Source: Patescibacteria group bacterium (GTDB lineage Bacteria > Patescibacteriota > Minisyncoccia > Phycocordibacterales > SIBU01). From it: a DNA stretch of 64,000 nucleotides. The stretch is taken from the NCBI GenBank assembly GCA_040390045.1, contig JAZJZC010000001.1, forward strand, positions 36,345-100,344. The letters are read 5' to 3'. Of the stretch, positions 28,816-36,989 are shown one piece after another. A model generated the notes under the pieces. That model made no database searches, had not been told where the DNA came from, and saw only the letters and a program-made list of their open reading frames with translations. A program made the position numbers and the translations under genes. The number at the start of each line of letters is the position of its first letter. The first letter of the stretch is position 1.

Positions 28816-30039
28816 TTATTTGTATTTGAGAAAAAAATCGTCTCTGTTTTTTTCAAAAGTATTATCGAGAATAGATTGCCGGATAGTATCAACCAAATGA
28901 ATTATAAAATACAGATTGTGGATTGAAGCAAGGGTATAGGCTAAAAATTCTCGAGCGCGGAAAAGATAGCCAAGATAGGCTTTTGTAAAATTTTTGCAGG
29001 TGTAACAACCGCACCCTTCGACAACCGGAGAAAAATCATTTCGGTACGATCCGCCAGTAATATGCAACAAACCATTTGGAGTGTAGAGCGTGCCATGTCT
29101 GGCAATACGTGTCGGCGCCACACAATCAAATAAATCACAACCCTCTTCCACCGCATCAAAAAGATCGAGCGGATCACCGATTCCTAAAAGGTGTCGTGGT
29201 TTATTTTCTGGCAGAAGCGCGTTGACCCAGCCCACGGCAGTATTCATATCTTTTTTCTCAAATGATCCACCGATACCAAATCCGTCAAAATCCATCTCCC
29301 CAATTATCTTGGCACTTTCCTTTCTCAAATCCTCAAAACGCCCACCCTGCACGATGCCAAACAATGCCTGGTTTTCTACTTTTAACTTTTCACTTTCAAC
29401 TTGCAACTCTCGATGCCTTCTGAGGCTTCGAGTCGCCCACCGATGTGTCCGCGCCATGGCCTCCTTCTGATATTCATATGGCGCAATCGGCGACGTGCAC
29501 TCATCAAAAGCAAAAATCATATCAGCGCCAATGGCATGCTGAATTTCCATTGAACGTTCTGGTGTAAAAAAATGGGTACTGCCATCGAGTACGGATTTAA
29601 ATTCCACACCATCTTCAGTAATTTTGGCAAAAGCGCCCAATTCGTCTCGCTCATCAATGTCTTTGTTTGGTCTCGCCCCCTGTGTCACTTCCGCGAGCTT
29701 GTTAATTTTTTTACCAAAAGCAGCGCCGAGAGAAAAAGCTTGAAAGCCACCAGAGTCGGTCATGGTAGGACCCGACCAATTCATAAACGTATTTAAACCG
29801 CCAGCTTTTTTCATGGTTTCTTCGCCGGGTTGGAGATACAAATGGTAGGTGTTTGCCAAAACCACTTGCGCGCCTAGATCTTTTACTTGTTCGGGCGTCA
29901 AAGACTTGACCGTGCCCTTAGTTCCAACCGTAACAAAAGCCGGAGTTTGAATTTCGCCGTGAGGAGTTGTGAGAATTCCCGCGCGGCCAAGTCGACCGCG
30001 CGGGAATTTCTGTTCAATTTTAAAATTAATCGCTCCCAT
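28816..30039 (-). CDS. tgt: Queuine tRNA-ribosyltransferase
   Basis: TPAFVTVGTKGTVK, DSGGFQ, zinc-site cysteines CGCYTCKNF, C-terminal helical domain. Confidence 0.9.
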   Translation of the reverse strand: MGAINFKIEQKFPRGRLGRAGILTTPHGEIQTPAFVTVGTKGTVKSLTPEQVKDLGAQVVLANTYHLYLQPGEETMKKAGGLNTFMNWSGPTMTDSGGFQAFSLGAAFGKKINKLAEVTQGARPNKDIDERDELGAFAKITEDGVEFKSVLDGSTHFFTPERSMEIQHAIGADMIFAFDECTSPIAPYEYQKEAMARTHRWATRSLRRHRELQVESEKLKVENQALFGIVQGGRFEDLRKESAKIIGEMDFDGFGIGGSFEKKDMNTAVGWVNALLPENKPRHLLGIGDPLDLFDAVEEGCDLFDCVAPTRIARHGTLYTPNGLLHITGGSYRNDFSPVVEGCGCYTCKNFTKAYLGYLFRAREFLAYTLASIHNLYFIIHLVDTIRQSILDNTFEKNRDDFFLKYK

Positions 30040-30118
30040 TTCCTGTCAGCATAGCAGAAAGAAAGGTTTTATCAAAAATGCCAGCGACAAACCGATGCAG
30101 CGTGCATCGGTTTCAAAA

Positions 30119-30313
30119 CTAATTATGAGGAGGATCAAATGGCAGAAGCGGATAGGTTCCACTTTTAACCGCGCCACTTGAAACGCTCATAATGACTTGT
30201 GCAGTTTGGAAGGTTGTCACAACCACGTCCTCGAAACTGCTAAACATGCGAGGAACTAAAAGTTGGAGAATGATGATGAGGAACCCAAATCCCACTGCCC
30301 GTAATATTTTCAT
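30119..30313 (-). CDS. Possible small membrane protein (64 aa). Uncertain
   Basis: Hydrophobic N-terminal helix. ORF only. Confidence 0.25.
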   Translation of the reverse strand: MKILRAVGFGFLIIILQLLVPRMFSSFEDVVVTTFQTAQVIMSVSSGAVKSGTYPLLPFDPPHN

Positions 30314-30495
30314 GGGAAAAATTTAAGTCGGGGATATGTTGTGCGGACAAGCACAAACACTGTTGGTAATCCAACAACCCTCCTCTTCGCTTGAAACGAT
30401 GTCCGCACCGAGAGAAAAAAAGACTTGTGAATCTCATTTCAAAGTCCTTACCTTGAAAGATAACCATTGAAAGGTGCAAAATGTTTCAAAGAAAA

Positions 30496-30535
30496 TAACA
30501 GAAAAACCCGCCGCGCCTTGCGCGGCGGGTTTTTC
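30496..30535. terminator. Bidirectional intrinsic terminator
   Basis: aaaacccgccgcgc-cttg-gcgcggcgggtttt, a perfect 14-bp stem. Confidence 0.8.
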
Positions 30536-30540
30536 TGTGT

Positions 30541-30713
30541 CTTAAATCTGAACCGTATTAGTTGTATCAACAGAAACTTGAGGAATTTCTGCTGGTGTGG
30601 GCGTCTGTGTTGCCGGCTGAAAAACAATATTGCCAAAAAACAACATGCCAAACGTGACCACTAAAGCGATTATAACTCCAATCCACTCTGTCCTCGATAA
30701 TTTTTTCATTTTG
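30541..30713 (-). CDS. Small secreted/membrane protein (56 aa), below the ORF-track size cutoff
   Basis: Hand translation: MKKLSRTEWIGVIIALVVTFGMLFFGNIVFQPATQTPTPAEIPQVSVDTTNTVQI. One TM helix. The terminator at 30496-30535 follows. Confidence 0.5.
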
Positions 30714-30777
30714 GAATTAGATAAATTACTAAGTACTTCACTATTGTATCAGAAGATTAAAAATTACATATTCACAT

Positions 30778-30835
30778 AAATACGAAATACAAATCAATAC
30801 AAAAGTACAAATAGTGAGATTCGTATATTCGTACC
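30778..30835. repeat. ATACGAA/TTCGTAT repeat element (copy C) in the divergent promoter region
   Basis: aatacgaaatac...attcgtatattcgtacc. Confidence 0.55.
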
Positions 30836-30861
30836 AAATTTGTATTTTGTATTTATAAGCT

Positions 30862-30889
30862 TTGCAAAAAACCAACCATACCGTAAAAT
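30862..30889 (+). promoter_or_regulatory. Sigma-70-like promoter TTGCAA-N16-TAAAAT for the LOG-family gene
   Basis: -35 at 30862-30867, -10 at 30884-30889, about 20 nt ahead of the ATG. Confidence 0.55.
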
Positions 30890-30909
30890 GAAGCCAATCG
30901 ATACATATT

Positions 30910-31626
30910 ATGGAAAACAACAACCCCAACGAAACTGTCCCAGAAGAGCTTGATTCAGAAAAAATTCATCGGATCATAAAAGAAAAGGTTCACAGAATTG
31001 ATCACGAATTTACGCACGGTTTTGAATTTATTAAAAATTACAATAAGTCAGTAACTTTTTTCGGTTCGGCGCGTTTTACTGATAACAATCCTCACTATGA
31101 GCAAGCAAGAAACTTGGCGCGAAAAATTTCTGAACTCGGCTATACGATTTTGACCGGTGGCGGAGGTGGTATCATGGAAGCGGCCAATCGTGGTGCGTTT
31201 GAAATCGGCAACCCTTCAGTGGGCCTCAACATCAGACTTCAAAAACGACAGGGAACAAATCACTACACTACCGACGCTATCGAGTTTGATTACTTCTTCG
31301 CCAGAAAGGTTGCCCTTTCCTTCGCCGCCGAAGCCTATTTATTTTTCCCCGGAGGCTTTGGCACGTTGGACGAAATGTTTGAAATCCTCACACTCATTCA
31401 AACGCGAAAAATTAGAAAAATTCCAATCATTTTAGTTGGGCACGACTTTTGGGATGACCTACAGGTATTTATTAAAAACGTCATGCTCGGGAGACACAAG
31501 ACTATCAACGCCGAGGACATGAACCTCTACACTATTACTGACGACGACGATGAAATTTTGGAAATTATTAAAAAAGTACCGATCAAACCAATGGTACGTA
31601 GCACTGGCGATCCAGCGCACTATTAA
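30910..31626 (+). CDS. LOG-family (TIGR00730) Rossmann-fold nucleotide-binding / phosphoribohydrolase protein
   Basis: FFGSARFTDNNPHYEQARNLARKISELGYTILTGGGGGIMEAANRGA...PGGFGTLDEMFE, the family's signature motifs. Confidence 0.85.
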   Translation: MENNNPNETVPEELDSEKIHRIIKEKVHRIDHEFTHGFEFIKNYNKSVTFFGSARFTDNNPHYEQARNLARKISELGYTILTGGGGGIMEAANRGAFEIGNPSVGLNIRLQKRQGTNHYTTDAIEFDYFFARKVALSFAAEAYLFFPGGFGTLDEMFEILTLIQTRKIRKIPIILVGHDFWDDLQVFIKNVMLGRHKTINAEDMNLYTITDDDDEILEIIKKVPIKPMVRSTGDPAHY

Positions 31627-32102
31627 TTATCCAATTTTTGGACGTTCTCAATCGCGTGAGATAACAGTTTCGACCCATCGGCAGTGAAATGAAATTCTGC
31701 TTTCAGTGCTTGCCCAGCCAAGACTTTTGGCAACCACAGTGGGTCGTCGATCCACATTTTTTCAAATGGTAATTGAGCAACAGGAAACCACTCCGGCTTC
31801 ATTTCTTCAGTTTCAACAGGTTCGCCTTCCCATTTTTTGGCAACAAAGACGTGACACACTTGATCCCACTCAGGCCTGCCGTCAAAATAAAATTGAAGAT
31901 GTGCCCGAGGCGTAAGTGTGCCCTTATTAATTTCAACCCCAATCTCTTCCTGTGCTTCTCGAACGCAGGCATCAACGATTGATTCGACCCTCTCAACTTT
32001 TCCACCCACCCCGTTAAATTTTCCCATTCCAAATCCGCGCTTTTTCATTGCGAGAAGCACCTTGTTACCTTTGACCAAAAAGCAAAGTGTTGTTGATTTC
32101 AT
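31623..32102 (-). CDS. NUDIX hydrolase
   Basis: Nudix box GKFNGVGGKVERVESIVDACVREAQEEIGVEI. Start is placed at the internal MKSTTLCFLV. Confidence 0.8.
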   Translation of the reverse strand: MKSTTLCFLVKGNKVLLAMKKRGFGMGKFNGVGGKVERVESIVDACVREAQEEIGVEINKGTLTPRAHLQFYFDGRPEWDQVCHVFVAKKWEGEPVETEEMKPEWFPVAQLPFEKMWIDDPLWLPKVLAGQALKAEFHFTADGSKLLSHAIENVQKLDN

Positions 32103-32145
32103 TACTGTATGATAACTTTTCATTAGAAAACAGGAAAGGAGGTTT

Positions 32146-32409
32146 ATGATTGTAACCATTCTGCGTTGGACTCTACCCGTCGTACTTTTTGTAGTTTTCG
32201 TCTCCTTCATTTACACGTGGAAATTTGTTCTCCAGTACAACATCGCTGTTGGAATCGAAAGAAGGTGCCCGAAAAAAAGAGCCGCGGCGAAAGAGTATAT
32301 TGAAAAACGAGGAGGCTTCAATCCCCATGCCTACGCCGGGGCAATCATCTGGATGATAGCGAGCGCAGTGATTGTTTTCTCGGGCACCATGTGGATGATC
32401 ATTTCTTGA
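32146..32409 (+). CDS. Small two-TM membrane protein (87 aa) with a strong SD (aggagg)
   Basis: ggaaaggaggtttATG. Two hydrophobic helices. Its own terminator follows. Confidence 0.6.
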   Translation: MIVTILRWTLPVVLFVVFVSFIYTWKFVLQYNIAVGIERRCPKKRAAAKEYIEKRGGFNPHAYAGAIIWMIASAVIVFSGTMWMIIS

Positions 32410-32417
32410 GTGCTCTC

Positions 32418-32450
32418 GCCCCGATTCGCTTCGCGAATCGGGGCTTTTTT
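32418..32450 (+). terminator. Intrinsic terminator
   Basis: gccccgattcgc-ttc-gcgaatcggggc followed by tttttt. Confidence 0.8.
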
Positions 32451-32514
32451 AAAAGTTTTGCTGATTTGGCACCGCGCTGATATACTTTTTCCTAGAGACA
32501 GCGAAAGGAAATGT

Positions 32515-32790
32515 ATGAACTTGAACTTTGAATTCTGGTGGCAGTATGTCGCCTACCATGGCTACGTCGCAGCTTCTATCATCATGGGTCTGGCAGCATG
32601 GTACGGATTTATAATAATGCCACCAAAGCCCTACAACATAGCCGCTGGAGTCGGGACGCTGACACGGTTGTTTCTCCACTGGTCATATGACCTCGACAGG
32701 CGCTACTACAATCCGAAACTCAGTAAGGTTGCCAAGTGTGTTGCACTACTGATGTTTGTCATTTTAGTCTCTCCGCTCTGGCTTTTCTAA
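32515..32790 (+). CDS. Small two-TM membrane protein (91 aa), possible paralog of the preceding one
   Basis: RBS aaaggaa ahead of ATG at 32515. Shares a YNIA(A/V)G motif with the upstream protein. Confidence 0.5.
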   Translation: MNLNFEFWWQYVAYHGYVAASIIMGLAAWYGFIIMPPKPYNIAAGVGTLTRLFLHWSYDLDRRYYNPKLSKVAKCVALLMFVILVSPLWLF

Positions 32791-32821
32791 GCCGACGGAA
32801 AACATCGCAACCAGTACAGCT

Positions 32822-32857
32822 CCGATCCGTCATGGTGGATCGGGGCTTTTTTCTTTT
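32822..32857 (+). terminator. Intrinsic terminator
   Basis: ccgatcc-gtcatggtg-gatcgg ggc followed by ttttttctttt. Confidence 0.7.
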
Positions 32858-33338
32858 AAAACGAAAAAATAATAAAGAGTACAAAAAAAGTAACCGCCAA
32901 AATTAGATTGATGGCGACACCGGAGAGCGCACCGACTAAAGATCCCGCGGCCGCCTTCCAGGCGGCCGCGTTGCTTTTATTGAGCAAAAGTTCCGAAATA
33001 AACACCGCCAAGAAAAGTCCGGGAATTCCCCCGAATGGTGGAAACAAAATACTACCGAAAAGTATTCCAAGACATCCCCACAAAATAGATTTTTTTGAGG
33101 CACCGAAATATTTCGCACCTAAAACTCCCGCAAACCAATCGACAATGAGTGATATGCAAAAAATTCCAGCGAGCACCGCCAACTCGCCGAGTTGCAAATG
33201 TTCAAATCGATCAACGAGCCCGTACACCGCAGCCATCCCAAACAAATAGGTCATGGCTGGCATCATGGGAATAAGCACCATAAAAATGGCTGGGAAAAGT
33301 AAAATCGTAAAAACAACCGTTAAGACAAGATGAGACAT
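32856..33338 (-). CDS. Small polytopic membrane protein (DUF456-like, 160 aa)
   Basis: Four hydrophobic segments and glycine-rich GxxxG packing motifs. Family assignment is tentative. Confidence 0.5.
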   Translation of the reverse strand: MSHLVLTVVFTILLFPAIFMVLIPMMPAMTYLFGMAAVYGLVDRFEHLQLGELAVLAGIFCISLIVDWFAGVLGAKYFGASKKSILWGCLGILFGSILFPPFGGIPGLFLAVFISELLLNKSNAAAWKAAAGSLVGALSGVAINLILAVTFFVLFIIFSF

Positions 33339-33392
33339 TGTTCAGTAATGCTACCATTTCCACTCAAGAAAAACACTCAACATTGCCCCTAT

Positions 33393-33432
33393 TATCATTC
33401 ACACATTCGTGCGAATGTGTGAATGATAATGC
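33393..33432. promoter_or_regulatory. 40-bp perfect palindrome (18-bp arms), candidate operator with Fur-box-like AATGATAAT/ATTATCATT half-sites
   Basis: ttatcattcacacattcg-tgcg-cgaatgtgtgaatgataa. No flanking T-run, so it is not a typical terminator. It lies upstream of the minus-strand DUF456-like gene. Confidence 0.5.
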
Positions 33433-33482
33433 AATTCAAATTATCAGGGTTCTTTTCTCTTATGTTCCGTGTTCCATGTTTC

Positions 33483-33535
33483 CTGTTCCCCGCCCGTACC
33501 GAGCGGACTCTTGTACGTTCGGGCGGGCATGTTCT
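33483..33535. repeat. GC-rich REP-like hairpin element (copy 2, inverted relative to 20517-20575)
   Basis: ttccccgcccgtaccgagcggactcttgtacgttcgggcgggcatg. Near-identical to the RC of 20517-20575. Confidence 0.65.
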
Positions 33536-35177
33536 ATGACCTGTCCAAGTGCTCCCATGCGTATTCCCTATCAGCTATTACTTTCTTACCTGGGTTGAAA
33601 ATACCGAGCGGGTCAAAAATAGTTTTAGTTTCTTCGAAAAGTTTGATAATTTCCGGCGAGTACATCATCGGAAGATACGAAGTTCGGATCAAACCATCAT
33701 TGTGTTCCCCAGTAATACTGCCGTGAAAATCCGTCACCAATTTGTACACCTTGTCGGACAGTTCTTTAATAATTTCAACGCTTCTTGGTTTCTTAAGGTC
33801 CATCAGAGGAATAATGTGGAAGTTGCCATCACCAACATGTCCCGCCACCGTGTAGGTAATTTTGTAACTTGAAAGAATTTCCTCGAGCTTAGGAAGAAAG
33901 GCTGGTAAAAATTCTGGACGCACCGCAAAGTCATCGATAAACGGAGCTGTGCGTAAATTTTTCATATGCTGGCGCAACAAATTGAAACTCTCGCGTCTGA
34001 AGGTCCAATATTTTTTTGTCTCGGCTTCATCTTTAGCAATCTTAGTTTTCAATCCTAAATGACTGACCGCAATCTGGGCTTGTCGCGCAAGACGTGACGC
34101 TTGGTCTCTCGTATCTGCAGTAAATTCCGCAATCAAAATTAGTTTCGGCACACCACCCGTGACCACCATCCAAAATTCTGGGAAAAATTGAAACGCTAGT
34201 TTTATCAAATTACTATTGAGTTTTTTCACGATCGCAGGAAAAAACTTCATCGCCACCTTAAATGTATGGTCGTCAAATGATTCAAAACTTTCTGGTTTGA
34301 ACTTTAAAATTTTCTGAGTAATTTCGGCTAAGGGATCGAGACTTGGCAGAAAAATGATCAGCATCGAACTGAAAGGCTTCGGCTTGACCAATGAAAGTGT
34401 GGCTTCAGTAATAAGCCCAAGTGTTCCTTGAGAGCCGACAAAAAGTTTCGTAAGATCAAAAACCCCTTTCACCTTGTCGTACACATTCCAAAGATAATAT
34501 CCGGCGGAATTTTTGGAAACAGAAGGTTTGGCAGAGGCAATCACGTCATAATTTGAGTCGATCAAGGTGAACATCTTTCTGTAGACGTAGCCAAGAAAAT
34601 CCTTACGTGCCTTTGCCACTTCAAGCTCAGCATTATTCAAAGGTTTTATTTCGTATTCGTTGCCGTCAGCAAGTACCACTTTTAAACCCTGAACATACTT
34701 TTCTGTCTTGCCGTAGATTAAAGTTTTCTCTCCACCGGAATTGTTGGCCACAATTCCCCCAATGGTACAAAGGTCACGCGACGCTGGATACGACGGAAGC
34801 AACACCCCTTTTTTCAAAGTTTCCTTTTCAAAATTGCGATAATACACTCCGGGCTGTGCAGTTGCGGAGGTTTCGCTTGTGGAAATTATTTTATCAAAGT
34901 GTGGCAAGAAATTGACCACGATCGATTCGGAAAGTGGACCGCCAGACATATCTGTGCCAGCGGAACGCGCCGTTAGCGAAACTTTTTCCCCATCCCCCGC
35001 TTTTTCGCTGACGAATACAACAAGCTTTTTTAAATCTTCAACATCAACTGGCGCAACGACAAGAGACGGCTTCACCTTAAAAATACTGGCGTCCACGCTC
35101 ATAGCGCCCAGCATTTTGCCATCGGAAAAAACTTCTCCTTTAAAAAACTTTTTGATTTCAGCGGAATAATTCATCAC
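33534..35177 (-). CDS. FAD-linked oxidase (PCMH-type FAD-binding domain plus FAD-oxidase C-terminal domain; GlcD / D-lactate dehydrogenase-like)
   Basis: GGGTSL-type FAD-binding region (SAGTDMSGGPL), GIVANNSGGEKT, C-terminal domain with GHVGDGNFH and GEHNDG motifs. Confidence 0.8.
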   Translation of the reverse strand: MMNYSAEIKKFFKGEVFSDGKMLGAMSVDASIFKVKPSLVVAPVDVEDLKKLVVFVSEKAGDGEKVSLTARSAGTDMSGGPLSESIVVNFLPHFDKIISTSETSATAQPGVYYRNFEKETLKKGVLLPSYPASRDLCTIGGIVANNSGGEKTLIYGKTEKYVQGLKVVLADGNEYEIKPLNNAELEVAKARKDFLGYVYRKMFTLIDSNYDVIASAKPSVSKNSAGYYLWNVYDKVKGVFDLTKLFVGSQGTLGLITEATLSLVKPKPFSSMLIIFLPSLDPLAEITQKILKFKPESFESFDDHTFKVAMKFFPAIVKKLNSNLIKLAFQFFPEFWMVVTGGVPKLILIAEFTADTRDQASRLARQAQIAVSHLGLKTKIAKDEAETKKYWTFRRESFNLLRQHMKNLRTAPFIDDFAVRPEFLPAFLPKLEEILSSYKITYTVAGHVGDGNFHIIPLMDLKKPRSVEIIKELSDKVYKLVTDFHGSITGEHNDGLIRTSYLPMMYSPEIIKLFEETKTIFDPLGIFNPGKKVIADREYAWEHLDRS

Positions 35178-35183
35178 TGTATT

Positions 35184-35933
35184 TTAAATCATTTTCTGAA
35201 TTGCTGCGAGGGTCTGCTCGGGACCTTGAACCTGTAATGTATCGCACACTCCGATGACCGTATCATCATTACCTCCTGGAAATAGTGCGTCACCAATGTA
35301 CAAACACTCCTCGGGTTTCCAGCCAAACAATTCCATCAGTTTTTTTATATTTGACCCCTTATTTTTACCACGCGCAAAATAATCGAAGGAAGTTGTCCCA
35401 CCAACTTTTACTTCAAGTGTGGGAGCTACAAACGGAACCTCTTTTAAAATCTTGTTACGTAAATCTCCCGTAGGGTCAAACTTTTCCTTTCGGGTTAATT
35501 CGGCATTATGTCCGACAAAACTAAACGTAATCTGACAACCTCGATCTTGAATCAAATCGTTTTCATCAACGTCGACAAACAAATTTTTAAATTCCTGACG
35601 CACCAAATTAATATGATCCATAATCTGGCGTTTTTCCTCAGCCGACAAGATATTTTTCCACAAATCTTTCCGATCAACGGACAGAGCAAAATTACCGTTC
35701 TGGGCCAAAATAAAAACTTTCCCTATAAAATCATTACTGATCTGTTTCCAAATTTGTTCTTCTTTTGCGCCCGATACAATCGTCACATCAGCAACCGTAC
35801 ACAGAGACATCAAAGCTGATTTCATCGCATCCTCAATGAGAGAGCGACTGCGGGTTAAAGTTTTGTCGACATCAAAAAAGACGTGCTTGTATACTTTACC
35901 ATTTAGATCCAGCGTACCATTAAAATTTTTCAT
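35184..35933 (-). CDS. HAD-IIB hydrolase of the eukaryotic-type phosphomannomutase (PMM) family
   Basis: FFDVDKTLT (DxDxT), C-terminal YIGDALFPGGNDD matching the PMM FFGDKTxPGGND motif. Confidence 0.7.
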   Translation of the reverse strand: MKNFNGTLDLNGKVYKHVFFDVDKTLTRSRSLIEDAMKSALMSLCTVADVTIVSGAKEEQIWKQISNDFIGKVFILAQNGNFALSVDRKDLWKNILSAEEKRQIMDHINLVRQEFKNLFVDVDENDLIQDRGCQITFSFVGHNAELTRKEKFDPTGDLRNKILKEVPFVAPTLEVKVGGTTSFDYFARGKNKGSNIKKLMELFGWKPEECLYIGDALFPGGNDDTVIGVCDTLQVQGPEQTLAAIQKMI

Positions 35934-36004
35934 AATTTAGTTGGTGATATATGTTCGATTTGCCCGCCTAGTATAACAAAGTTTTAGAGGAAAACTATAC
36001 AAGG

Positions 36005-36032
36005 TTGACACCTTTCAAAAATTTACTATAGT
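36005..36032 (+). promoter_or_regulatory. Sigma-70 consensus-like promoter TTGACA-N16-TATAGT
   Basis: -35 at 36005-36010, -10 at 36027-36032. Confidence 0.65.
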
Positions 36033-36060
36033 GAGCCCAGAAAAAGCGGAATGCAAACTC

Positions 36061-36390
36061 ATGAATCCTAAAAAACGTTGGTATATTCTCGAAGGTGTCA
36101 GTGATGGCGAAATATTTGCACACCAGCTCATGGACGGTCTACCTGTCGGTATGGGAATCAGCGAAAAAACCTCACTCGCTAAGGAGATAGGGGCCGAACA
36201 AACAGTCATAGTCTTAGTGGTTTGTACCCCCATTCAGGAAAAGCTCCTCGATGCCCTTCTTGCCATTGATCGTTTCGGGGGTGATGGAAGTGAATCCTTC
36301 CTTTTCGAATTGGTGGGTCTTATCCGGGCTGCAAGGAAGCGCCCCAGAGTTTACCCTGTTCGTGCTGACCTGTCTACCATCAGCGAATGA
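36061..36390 (+). CDS. Hypothetical protein (109 aa)
   Basis: ATG 29 nt after the -10 box. Its own terminator follows. No recognised family. Confidence 0.5.
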   Translation: MNPKKRWYILEGVSDGEIFAHQLMDGLPVGMGISEKTSLAKEIGAEQTVIVLVVCTPIQEKLLDALLAIDRFGGDGSESFLFELVGLIRAARKRPRVYPVRADLSTISE

Positions 36391-36395
36391 TCTGT

Positions 36396-36432
36396 AATCA
36401 CCCAAAATCTCGGGTGATTTTTTTATTCTTTT
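36396..36432 (+). terminator. Intrinsic terminator
   Basis: aatcaccc-aaaatctc-gggtgatt followed by tttttattctttttt. Confidence 0.8.
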
Positions 36433-36460
36433 TTGACTCTCAAATCCAGTAGCGTATAAT
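36433..36460 (+). promoter_or_regulatory. Sigma-70 consensus promoter TTGACT-N16-TATAAT driving the X2 leader and the glutaredoxin-like gene
   Basis: -35 at 36433-36438, -10 at 36455-36460. Confidence 0.7.
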
Positions 36461-36518
36461 GAATCAACTAGGTCGCAAAAAAGTTTTTCAAAAATAAATT
36501 TAACCACAGAGCTAAAAA

Positions 36519-36670
36519 CTTCCAGATTTGAGTGCAGTTTGAGGCGACCGCGAGTACGTGACTAAGCTGTGCGTCGCGTCTCAATTGACGTTACGCGACG
36601 CGATTCCGTCGGAATCGACTGCGCAGGAGCGCACGGAGCGGGCAACGAAGAAATGCACCAAATATGGAAG
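36519..36670 (+). ncRNA. Candidate structured RNA element, copy X2, in the 5' leader of the glutaredoxin-like gene
   Basis: 152 nt enclosed by closing stem cttccagatttg / caaatatggaag. Internal hairpins cgtcgcgt-ctcaattgacgtt-acgcgacg, cgattc-cgtcg-gaatcg and tgcgc-agga-gcgca covary with X1/X3. Confidence 0.5.
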
Positions 36671-36683
36671 TTATATCAACAAA

Positions 36684-36920
36684 ATGAAAAAAGTTACGAT
36701 TTATAGTACACCTACCTGTCACTTCTGCCACATGGCAAAAGACATGTTCAATGCCAACGGCATACAGTTTACGGATAAAAACGCCGCAGCTGATCCTGTT
36801 GCCCGCAAAGAAGCAATCGAAAAGTCAGGACAACTCGGCGTGCCGGTCATCGATATTGATGGAGAAATCATTGTGGGATTTAATGAGCCTAAACTTAAAA
36901 AATTGCTGGGTATAAAATAA
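36684..36920 (+). CDS. Glutaredoxin / NrdH-like redoxin (78 aa)
   Basis: MKKVTIYSTPTCHFCHMAKD (CxxC), GVPVIDIDGEIIVGF thioredoxin-fold tail. Start is placed at the internal ATG 36684. Confidence 0.8.
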   Translation: MKKVTIYSTPTCHFCHMAKDMFNANGIQFTDKNAAADPVARKEAIEKSGQLGVPVIDIDGEIIVGFNEPKLKKLLGIK

Positions 36921-36928
36921 GGCATCAG

Positions 36929-36970
36929 AAAATGCCCCCGCGCCTACGGCGCGGGGGCATTTTCTTTTTT
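36929..36970. terminator. Strong bidirectional terminator shared by the glutaredoxin gene (+) and gdh (-)
   Basis: aaaatgcccccgcgcc-tacg-ggcgcgggggcatttt followed by ctttttt. Confidence 0.85.
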
Positions 36971-36989
36971 AAAGCTTTCAGCTACCAGC

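Noticed and set aside
36558-36683. Long N-terminal extension of the glutaredoxin ORF
   Set aside because: It translates the X2 structured leader. ATG 36684 directly precedes the conserved thioredoxin-fold start (MKKVTIYSTPTCHFC).
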